DNA of 64,000 nucleotides, taken from the NCBI GenBank assembly GCA_032718475.1, contig JAUCBJ010003138.1, positions 33,472 to 97,471 of the forward strand, written 5' to 3'. Source of the stretch: Nemertoderma westbladi. Its lineage: Eukaryota; Animalia; Xenacoelomorpha. The notes beneath the pieces were generated by a model that ran no database searches, was not told the origin of the DNA, and saw nothing but the letters and a program-made list of their open reading frames with translations. The stretch's first letter is position 1, and the number at the start of each line of letters is the position of its first letter. Positions 47,698-58,979 of the stretch are shown here, one piece after another. Position numbers and translations under genes: made by a program.

Positions 47698-50600
47698 ATG
47701 AGTCAGTCGGGAGAAATAACACCGACGCGGACCCCGGACGAAGAACAAACGATCCGCGAGGCCGCGACCAGGCGGTATAGGCCCACGACGCCGGAGCCAT
47801 CGATAACGGGCGACCCGGAAGTTCAAGGTGAGGGAGACCGCCTGGAATCAGAAGCCGAGTCGAGAGGAGGGGGAATCGAGTCAGAGGATAGAGAGAACGG
47901 GCTCGAGGGAGAAGGAGATGAGTCAACACGGGACGAGGGTCGACGCACCGGTGTTGCCGGCCAGCCACAGGCCAAGAGCGACGAACGGCCCACCGAGACA
48001 ACGACGGTGGGGCCGACGGTACGAGGAAGGACCCGGAGAGACGACGGAGGTGTCGATACCGATGTCGCCGGCCAGCCACAGGCCGAGGGCGACGGACGGC
48101 CCGCCGAAACGGCGACGGTGGGGCCGCCGGTACGACGTCGAACCCGGAGAGACGGACGAGGGGTCGGCGACGAGGACGTCGGGGTTTCTGAACGACTTCG
48201 ACGGGCCTACAACGCGACCCGGAGACTACTAGAGGAGGCCAGAAAGGGGAAAACGATAGACGAGGTAAAACTGAAGTCAGGACTAGGTAAGTCGGACAGA
48301 CATTTATACTATCTAATGCGTTTCGGGCAGAGAGAATTGGCCGAGGAGAGAGCGAGAAAGGTTGCCGAGGAACTGTATGACTCATGGCGGCATGGGGGTA
48401 TACAACCTAGTGTAGTGTACATAGGGCCATATTTAATCGATGCCCGGGGTATAAAATTAATGGGTTGGAACAGACCTGAAGGGGGCGAATCCGAGGTTAA
48501 CCCCGAGGATTCGGCCTCGTCGGTCGGAGGGAGTTCCGGGAGGAGGGGGAAAGTTAGTAGATCGGGAAGGCGGAGGGAGTGCGTCGTAACCAATAAGTCT
48601 GCTACATCCTCCGCGAAAGAAAGACTGGTGAGAGAGGCAGGTGCCGCGTACCGTCTCGAGCTGATAGAGCAAGGTCAGAGGGAAATGGATAAACGGCTAG
48701 AGGAGGGGAGAATGCGGCTAGAGAGGGAAGCGGCATTGATTAGAGAAACCGGAGAGAGGGCCGAAAGGGCTTTGAGAGGCCTTAGGGAGTGTGAGGAAAT
48801 AGAGGAAAAGGAGTGTAGGGAACGTGAGGCGAGAGAGGAAAGGGAACGCAAAGAGCGCGAGGCGGAACGCAAGGAGCATGAGGCGAGAGAGGAAAGGGAA
48901 CGCAAAGAGCGCGAGGCGGAACGCAAGGAGCATGAGGCGAGAAAGGAAAGTGAGCGTAAGGAGTGTGAAGCGAGGCGAAGGGAGAGTGCTAGGAAAGTAG
49001 TAGAGTTGACTGAGCGGGACGCGCGGGAGTGTGAGAGGAGAATGGCAGGAGCCGAGCGAGACCATGAGGAATTAAAGAGACGCCAAAGTGAGCTTGGGGA
49101 ACATAGGGTTAGACGCGCGCACGAGCTGCAACTGGTGCGGGCGGGGGCGTCTGAGAGCGAGACAGGCTCGAGTATTTTAGAGGAGCCAGGGGCCGTGGAT
49201 ACATTTATTAATACCCCACTTACAGGAACCGCACGACAGACCCAAAACTGGTGTGACCGTACGGGCGGGGGGGGGGGGTAATAATGATAATGGTACAGTA
49301 GACGTGGTTAATATTAATAGTACCGTATGGGATAATTCTAATCAAACCTTTATTGCAGAAAATACTTTGCCTAGTGGTAGTAATTTAAATTTAAATCAGA
49401 ATAATCCTAATATTAACGTAGAAAATAATTCTAATATTAACGTAGTTACACAAAATAATTCAAATAATTTAAATAATGAGCCAAGCCCGAATTTACAAGA
49501 TAATTCAAATGATTTTATTTCGAACGAACAAGTTAATTCCGTTTCCAATACGGGTGCTATTAATGTAAACACGTCGGGCGTGTATGGCCAGACAGATGGG
49601 GCCCAGGTAGGCCACGTAGTTGGTAGGCAGGGAGTGGCTGGGTTGGGTAGACCCGGCGAGGGCCTGGTAGGCCACGTAGTTGGTAGGCAGGGAGTGGCTG
49701 GGTTGGATGGACCCAGCGAGGGCCTGGTAGGCCACATAGTTGGTAGGCAGGGAGTGGCTGGGTTGGGTAGACCCGGCGAGGGCCTGGTAGGCCACATAGT
49801 CGGTAGGCAGGGAGCAGAGGGCCTGGTAGGCCACGCTACTACTAGGATCGGCATGCTGCATTGCAGCTGCATTTTTAAGAATGCTGTGCCGGCTTGTCAA
49901 CAAAATTGCACCGCCACAACTCCCTATCACCCATGACATTTGCTAGATCATCCGCATCTTTAAGGCCAGTGTCCTTTAAGATGCGTCTCAAGAAAGTCAT
50001 GGGCTGTCCACCATGCTTATTCACTCCATGAGGCTGCCAAAGTACAAGATTATGCACTGGCTGGTCCTCACGGCGAAAGCAATGTCCTGCAAAGCGGAGG
50101 CGGTTTTGTTCTAGTGTCAAGCTTGGGGGAACCAATGAGACACCTCCAATGTTATATAGTGTCTGGTTGGAGATGTGTGCATTGTACTTGACACAATGAA
50201 CCCGGCGTAGCATTCTTGTGAATGTGCCATCCAGAGATTTGGTGTCCTCAGCAGTTAGAGCCCAGCATGGACTCCCATAGAGGAGTACTGGAACTACTGC
50301 TGCTCTAAATAATCGGACCTTAAGTTTCCGATTAATTCTCGGTGACTTCCAAATCCTGGAAAGCCTATTCAAGGCTGCCCATGCCTTTCCCTTAGGTATT
50401 CGAAGGTCCTCACCTGACTTCCGGATCCATGATCCCAGGTAACAGAAGTCGTCCACATGCTCAAGCATACCATCCTTTGAGCTTATGCTCATCCGATCAG
50501 AGACTTGCTGAGGACTTTCAAAGTTAACGGTCAGAATTTTGGTCTTTCTGGAGTTAATAAAAAGACCAACACTAGAAGCAGCATGTTCTAATGAGCTGAG

Positions 50601-53600
50601 GAGCCGTTGGGCTCCCTCTAATGATTCTGAGAGTACTCCTAAGTCATCAGCAAAGTCTAGATCAGTTAGGTACTTGGCAGGATTTCCTCGACTTCTGGAG
50701 CCAGTAGGTGGAGTTATCATCACCCCATCATCATTATGATGATCTAAGGACATGCGTAGAACATAGTCAACCACAATAATGAACAAGAATGGTGCAAGTG
50801 TGTCTCCTTGGAGGACGCCCCATAACACTTCAAATGGTTCTGTGTCACCGTCAACAGTAGACACAAATGTTGTCGAACCATCGTATACTGATCTGATTGC
50901 TGCAATAATTTCATCAGGAATCCCATATAATGAAAGTATGCTGAACATACGTGAGCGAGAGACTGAATCAAAGGCCTTGAAGAAGTCAACAAAGATAACA
51001 GCCAGATGCCTGTCTTTCTTTTTTGATAATTCTTCAATTATCCTTCTAAGTGCCAAAATGGGCTCCATGGTCCCACGACCTTTACGGAACCCATTCTGAT
51101 TTCCACGGAGCAGTCTCTCAATGGGATCCCTGATGCGATTTAATAGAATCCTATTGTATAGCTTTGCAGCAATCGAGATCAATGATATTCCCCGAAAAGA
51201 ACCATAGAGTGTTAGGTTGCCCTTCTTGGGAACTGGCACCAACTTATTTGTTTTCATTTCTTGTGGGACTCTTGTTGTTCGGTACATGTCTACTTTGATG
51301 GGATAGATGAGCTTTAAACACTCAGGTATTTTAAAGACCTCAGGGGGAACACCATCTACTCCACTGGCACGATTGGTCTTAATGCTCTTTGCAGCAGCCT
51401 GCACTTCTGCAAAGGAGATATCGCCAATGGGAATATCTGGGAGTACAGACTCAGACACTTTTACTTCTATAAAGTTATCAGGCAATACCCTGTCATTATT
51501 GAGGAGCTTTTCAAAGTGGGCTTTCCAACCATTGAGGCGATCGGCTGGTGATTCAGCCTTAACCTTGGTGGTTGGTTGGCTTTTCCGCCCAGTAAGCAGA
51601 TTGATTGATTTCCATGCCTGGGATAGCAGGCCACGCAATAGCAGAGAGAGAGGCGGGGGTGAATAGGCCCGACCGCGATAGGGTTGATGTGTCGACTAGA
51701 GAGGGATATAGTAGCATAGTGAGGGATAGCGAAGTTAGATGTGGCGAGTGGGGGGGGGGGGGGGGGGGGCTACGAGAGCCACACAACGACAAGTCAGCGG
51801 CGAAAGGGAGGGGGCAGAGAGTGCCCCACAGCCATCAGCGGATAATGCGAGGGCCAAAATAGGTAAACCGCAACAACCGGCGATGGAAAGTAATAGGGGG
51901 ATTGCGAGTATCCCCAGCGGCGTGCGACCGAGCAGAGAGAGACAGGTTGACGTCGTAAGAGGGCGGACGAAGCGTCGAGCCCGATCAGAAGAGGGAAGAA
52001 GAACAGTGGGGTTTAACCGGGAGGTCGACGAGAGATCTCACGAGCGGGAATACTCCACTGAAAGGAGAAGAAGAGAAGACAGTAGTAGAGGTATCGCCGC
52101 GAATGATAGAAGAGCGAGGACGGATAGCGAGCCGTCGGTAGTTGAGATGAGGACGGAGAGTCAGTGGGGTCGGACTCCGGGAGATTGCTGTCACCCCGGA
52201 GAGATGCGACCCGGCGAGGCGCACTACGCGCCGATGGAGGGGTACGCGATGTACCGGTACGAAGATGAGAACAGTAGAGAGGGGGGTCGAAGAGAAACTT
52301 TCCGACGGAATACACCTATCGATCGAGAATACTGTAGCCGCGGGGAGGATTATTCGAGAAGAATAAACTTCGATCCCGAACAACACATGCAGACTGTAGG
52401 ACATAGGCCTACAGTAAGGCCTACAGCCTTACTGCACATACCATAGGCCATACTGAGAGAGGCAATGTAGGCGATAGGATAGCGTGGACAACGGGATTAA
52501 ACCCGGAAGTCGCGGAATACATACCGGCGGGTAGGCCAGAAGCTGATAGGCCTATACCGGTACCAGTACAGCAGTATGACTACAGCATGCAGGGACATAA
52601 CATATACCCAGGGGAGGGGGGAATTATTGCGGATAGGTGCATGGGCCCCAACATATTAACATCAACCCCAGTACCAAACATACCGGTGGGGGGGGGACAG
52701 GGTGACATTCCCCCATCACAATATCAACAATATACCCCGATAGGAGCAAGAACAACGAGACCCTTGGATGAGAATAGGTCGTGTGACACAGAAATATGGA
52801 GGGGGCCGCTACCCCCGATGACATACCCAAGTCAGAGAAAGTCAAGAAATAGGACAGACGGAACGCACCAGACAGGAGAAACTATACAGCACCCATCGAA
52901 TCCATTGGAAGCACAGGCGATGGGGATGGCCACGCTGATCGATGCGTTGAAAACGAGGATCGAGTTACCACCCGTGGAACCATTCAAATTCGATGGGAGT
53001 AGGCCGGAAGAATATCTACAGTTTCGGCGCATGTATAGTAACGAAATACTAACAAAAAACTTGACGCAGGCGGAGTGCCTAAAGTAACTACAAGTGTACA
53101 CGGGAGGCCCAGCATACGACATCGTGAGGCAATATCAAGGAATAGAGGGCGGCTTCACGACAGCATGGCGGGCACTGGATAGGGAATATGGGCACCCGGC
53201 CAAGATCATCAGACAGACGTTGAGAGGCATAACATCGGGTGGCCTACAGGATAGTCCCGTTAGCATTAAGACATTTGCTAACAAAGTTGAAAAGGCGCTA
53301 ATCGTGCTGAAGACGCTAGACGCGCCATACGAGCTCAACGCGTCCAACAACATCACCACGATAGCGCAGGCACTACCGAGCTGGCTGCGCAACAAGTGGA
53401 GGAAAATCGCCTTCTCCACTCGAGATAAGAAGGGTGCGGAACCGGGTTTAGAAGAAATGTCAAACTTCTTAAACTACGAGGCTGAACTAATAACTGACCC
53501 AGTCTATAGCGAAGATAGCCTGGGAAAGGGACCGAAGACAGACTACCATAAACCGAAACCAGAGCACAATACATCAAACGCATTACCGAGACTCAGACAA

Positions 53601-56600
53601 TCATTGCCATATGCAGCGACGCAGGGGACTGCAAGTCCACAGCTAGCCGAAGAAAAGACAACACCATGGAACGGACAGGGGAACAATAACAACACGAATA
53701 AATATAACCCCAGTACATCCAGTAGGCCGAATCCGAACAATAAGAATAGTAGGGACTTTGGTACGAACGCAACTGCGATACGCAATGCGCTGTATAAAGA
53801 GGGCTACGACCCAAAGAGCAAATGCCAGCTACACGCAAATGCGCTTCATCAAACCATGAACTGCAGGTACTGGCAGGCGCTACCTAGGCAAGATCAGATA
53901 GATTATGCGTCGAGTAATAAAATCTGCTCGCGATGTGTAATGAGTGGACATAAAGCAAGGGAGTGCAAGGAGAAGCCGATAAAATTTGGTCAGAGGAGAG
54001 GCCAAACGATGGCAACGAGCACAGTAGGGGCGAAGAAGGGAGGAACGGTATTACTTGGAGTAGTACCCGTGCGAGTGATTGGGGAACGCAATCGATCGGT
54101 AACAACACTAATGCTGGTTGATAGTGGAGCTGCCTTCACATTAGTCGAGGAATGGGTTGCCGAGGAGATAGGATTGAGAACGAGGCCAAGCAGGATGGCG
54201 GTAACAACCATCTCTAGCAAAGATGAGATTCTGGAGATGAGAACAGGACGGTGCGCAATTGCAGCAGTGGCACCAGGATGCGACTATGGGGCAACCATCG
54301 ACCCCATCCAAGTGATAGAGTCAATTAATATCAATGCCAGGCGGCCAACCAACATCGAGGTCGAGCAGTATAAATTCCTGGACGACATTGACTTCTCAAT
54401 CCCAGACGTGGACGTTAGGAAGGTGTCCATCATAGTAGGTATGGACTGCCCAACGGCCCACGAAAGAATGCAAACGGTCTTCGGCGAAGACAAGCAGAGT
54501 GACCCGGTGGCCATATTAACACCATTCGGGTGGACGCTGAGTGGTCCAATCAAGAGCAAGATACCATTTAGGATGTCGGAGACATCAGGATGCATGTTCG
54601 CGGGAACAATGCAGGAAATAGGTGACGAGGGAGCAGAGGATCAGCTTAAAAGACTGCTCAGACAGGATTTCGAGGGACTGAAAGAAACCGGGGTCGGGAC
54701 CTCGGTGGAAGACAAGCAGGCTTTGCAAAGCGTGGAGGAATCGATGACATGCGATGAGGGGCGGTATACTATAGGAATGGTATGGAAACTACCGAAGATA
54801 CCGTTGCCCGACAATAGGGGGATGGTACTCACGAGACTCCGCAAACTGAAACAAACACTAAAACGGAGCCCCGAGAAGAATGAGTACATCCACAGAACAA
54901 TTAAGAAGTAAGTCGAGAAAGGATGGGCCGTGGAGTTACTGGTCGACGAGCCGAACACGGACAGGACATATTACCTGCCACTACACGAGGCTTTAGATCC
55001 AAAGAAAGGTAAACTACGGATGGTAGTCGACGCATCGGCAAAGACCGACGGAAAGTGCTTAAACGACTACCTGTTGGAAGGCCCAAACATATACAATTCG
55101 GGCATAGAGGTGTTACTTAGATTTAGAAACGGTAAACACGCCTTCACGTGTGACATAGAAGGCATGTTCAACCAAGTCCGTGTAACGGAGGAAGATAGCG
55201 ACAGTCAACGCTTCTTATGGTATAACGGCGAGGAAGAACCGTCGATAATACCGGCATATAAGATGGTAGTACAAAACATGGGGGCCAAGTCGTCTTCATT
55301 TACGACGACTATGGCAGTGAGAGACACAGTGAAAGGGAAGGAAGATAGATACAGCAGTAGGGCCGTCGATATGATTCGACGCGGCTTCTACGTAGACGAC
55401 GGAATGGAGTCTGGAAATACGGTTAAGGAGATACTGGACACAGGGCGCGAGGTTCGCGACATCCTAAAAGGATCCGGCTTTAACCTGACCAAATTCCAAT
55501 CCAGTTCGGAAGAATTTATCAAGGCGATAGAGGACAAGAAGCCAGAATCGACCATGGACAATCCCACAACAGCCAAAGGGCAGGACATGGCGATTAAGAG
55601 AACAGAATCTCAACAGAAGGCATTGGGAATCGTGTGGGATAGAGAGACAGACGAACTGAAGCATCAGCTGAGCCAGGAGGGCGCAGACATCCACACGAAG
55701 AGGGTCTATGTATCGTATATAGCAAGGATATACGATCCCCTAGGCCTGGCGTCCCCATTATTAGTCACGGGGAAACAGATACTCAAGAGAGTATACAAAC
55801 TGAAGGATGAGTGGGACGTAGAGGTACCAGAGGAAATCAAGAAACAGTGGAGCAAGTGGACAGGAGACTTGGAGAAGATGGGAACATACAACATGCCACG
55901 GGTGTATTTCCCGGATGGGAACATGACGAATCTAGACCTACACATGTTCTCCGACGCGTCGTTGGAAGCGTACGGAGCGGCACTCTACTTAGTATAACGA
56001 GAGGGGGCTCATAAGCCAAGACTAGCCTTTAGTAAAGCAAAGTCAACGCCACCAGATTCAGCATCAGTTCCTAAGTTAGAATTGACAGCCGCGAGACTAG
56101 GAGTAAGAGCCACAGCCTACCTAGTGGATACTATTCCCAACATAGTGGAGACACACTACTGGACGGACTCCATGGTAGTGCTTGGTTGGCTACACAACGA
56201 AAGGACGAGATACCCGATATTCGTCGCGAATAGAGTGGACGAAATAAGGGCGAGTACAGAACTGGAAAGGTGGCACTACTGCCCAACAGACGAGAACCCA
56301 GCGGACTTGCTGTCGAGGGGCGTGGAACGCCACACTTTCTTGAAGAAGGAAGTATTGTGGCAACACGGGCCACAATTTCTGAGCGATAAGGAGGCCTGGC
56401 CGCCGATGAGAAAGGTGGACCCGGGCTCAGAAGTAGTGTCATAGGGAGAAGAGGGAGATTCAGAGGGAGAAGATGGTGACCTCCCAGATGGTGAGGGAGA
56501 TTAGGGACGTTCAACCAGGACGGGAACTGTGCGATAACCCGACGGATAAACTCCTCAGCTACAGTTCTAGTTGGTACAAGACCAAGAAACTAGTGGCGTA

Positions 56601-57984
56601 CTGGAGAGCCTTCGGGAATTTCCTTGCGGGAGTTGGCAAGGACAAGAAGATCAGGACAACCATAGATCTGGAAGGAGCGGCCAAGGCAGTGATCCGCTAT
56701 GAACAACGGAAGAACTACGGTGACGAGGTGGAACGCGTCGGTAACCAACAGCACCTCCGACGGGACAGCGAGCTGATTACGCTGTCACCACAACTCAATG
56801 ACGACGGGATTCTAGTAATGAATTCTAGGGTGGGATACAACAACAGCATAGTCGTACCACCGAAACCCATCATCATTCCTACAGGATCGCCAATAGTCCA
56901 CCAGATTATATGGGACTCCCACAAATCGATATTGCATGGGGGCACCAACCGAACCCTCACAGAGATAAGGAGGACCTATTGGGTCAAACAATTAAGGAAG
57001 AAGGTTAAAGCGGTAGTGGGGCAGTGCCAGACCTGCCGACGAGTGAAGAAGGAGCGAGCCGTACAGGAGATGGCGCCACTACCGGCGAGTAGGGTAAGAC
57101 AGCACGACCCGCCATTTACGCATTGCGGTGTGGACATGTTCGGGCCGATAAAGATCAAAGTGATGCGACACACGGAGAAACGCTACGGCATTATCTTCGT
57201 ATGCAACAACACACGGGCGGTAGGGATAGAACTCGCCCAAGATGCAACCGCATCAGCATTCATTAATGCCTTAGAAAGATTTAGAGACCGCAAAGGTGGG
57301 ACGATCGCAGTGATATACAGAGACAACGGCACCAACTTTGTGGGCGCAGAAAGTGAGATGGCAGAGGCCTTGGACATCTTTGAGGGAGAAGAAGTCAGGG
57401 CAGCCATGAGACGACGACAAGTAAAGTGGGAGAGAAGGACGCCGTATGCACCACATACACTAGGATGCGTCGAGAGACTGCTGGGCAGTTCAAAGCGTCT
57501 AATGACGAAGCTAATGAACACCCATATGGTCACTGAGGACGTCTTACGTACAGTACTTGCGAAGTGCGAGGGGATCATTAATAGCAGACCGCTATATCCG
57601 GAGAATGATGACCCTGAGTCACTAGACGTGCTAACGCCTAGCCATTTCCTAATGGAAAGGCCAGCGACCATCGATATGCGGGGTGTAGACCCAGATGACA
57701 TACACTCCCGCCAAAGTTGGAAAGTCGCTAAAGCGATAAGCGCAGAGTATTGGAGGAGGTGGGTCGAGGAATACCTACCCACACTCCATAAAAGGAGTAA
57801 GTGGAGGAAGCCAAATAGGGAGTTAAGAGAGGGAGATCTCGTAATCGTTACGGATGATACTATCATCAACAACCAGTGGCGGTTGGCGAGAGTTGTAGGC
57901 ACTTACTCCGACGAGGACGGAAGAGTCCGATCGGTAGAAGTGCGGATAGGTGGTAAGATAGGTGCGAAGGACAGAAAAACCTAG
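47698..57984 (+). pseudogene. BEL/Pao gag-pol with stop codons, frameshifts and an RTE insertion
   Basis: Gag FKFDGS..GPAYD..WLRNKW; knuckle CSRCVMSGHKAREC; PR LVDSGA; RT DIEGMF, YVDD; RH FSDAS, TDS, NPAD; IN H..H..CQTC, GVDMFGP, DNGTNF, VERL; stops at 53085, 54909, 56442. Confidence 0.93.
49837..51627 (-). mobile_element. 5'-truncated RTE-clade LINE inserted in gag (RT ORF 49875-51627)
   Basis: TSD AGGCCACGC at 49828-49836 and 51628-51636; (TAG)n tail; GVLQGDTLAP, DFADD. Confidence 0.93.
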
Positions 57985-58490
57985 TTAGTTAGGAGGTACG
58001 TAGTACCGCCAGTTAGAGAGTTAGTTAGAAGGTACGTAGTACCTAGTTAGTTAGTTAGTTAGGAGGTACGTAGTACCGCCAGTTAGAGAGTTAGTTAGAG
58101 GGTACGTAAGTACCGTTAGTTAGTTAGTTAGAGTTAGAAGGTACGTAGTACCGATAGCTAGTTAGAGAGTTAGAGGGTACATAGTACCGCTAGTTAGTTA
58201 GAGTTAGAAGGTACGTAGTACCTAGTTAGTTAGAGAGTTAGAAGGTACGTAGTACCGATAGTTAGTTAGAGAGTTAGAAGGTACGTAGTACCGATAGTTA
58301 GTCAGAGAGTTAGAGGGTACGTAGTACCGATAGTTAGTTAGAGAGTTAGAGGGTACGTAGTACCGATAGTTAGTTAGAGAGTTAGAGGGTACGTAAGTAC
58401 CGCTAGTTAGTTAGAGAGTTAGAGGGTACGTAGTACCGTTAGTTAGAGAGAAAGTAAGAGTCAGAGGGTACGTAGTACCGTTAGTTAGAA
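57985..58490 (+). repeat. ~36-bp purine-rich tandem array containing GGTAC-GTA-GTACC hairpins
   Basis: About 14 copies separated by TTAG/AGAG spacers. Confidence 0.85.
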
Positions 58491-58979
58491 GAGAGAGAGT
58501 AAGAGGTAAAAGGGGGTATAGATATAGATATTAGTTAGCAGTTAGTAGAGAGAGGGGGGCATATGAGTACAGCTGGGTAAGTCGTGTGGCCACACGACGC
58601 ATGCTGCTGTACTGCATAGGCCAGAATACAGAGTAGGCCAGAATGTGGATTAGAGAATAGAATAATCCATAGGCAGTAGTAAGTAGTAGGACAGTAGGAT
58701 CAAATTAAATAGATAAATAAATAGAATAGGGCTGAAAGTTACAAAATAGTGGCAACACAAGGGAAGTTATTCTAGAACATAATAAAAGTAATGGACAAAA
58801 ATTGTAAATTACGCTCATTTACTAGCTTCAAAATTAATTAGGAATAATTTAGGTTAAAAGGCGCAGTTAAGTAGGAAATAGGCCATTATCGAACCGTACA
58901 GAACATCTTAGATACATCACTCATCTGTATTGCGCCTTGGTAAGGCACCACCTTGCAGGTGAGCGAGTGAACGTTCGGA

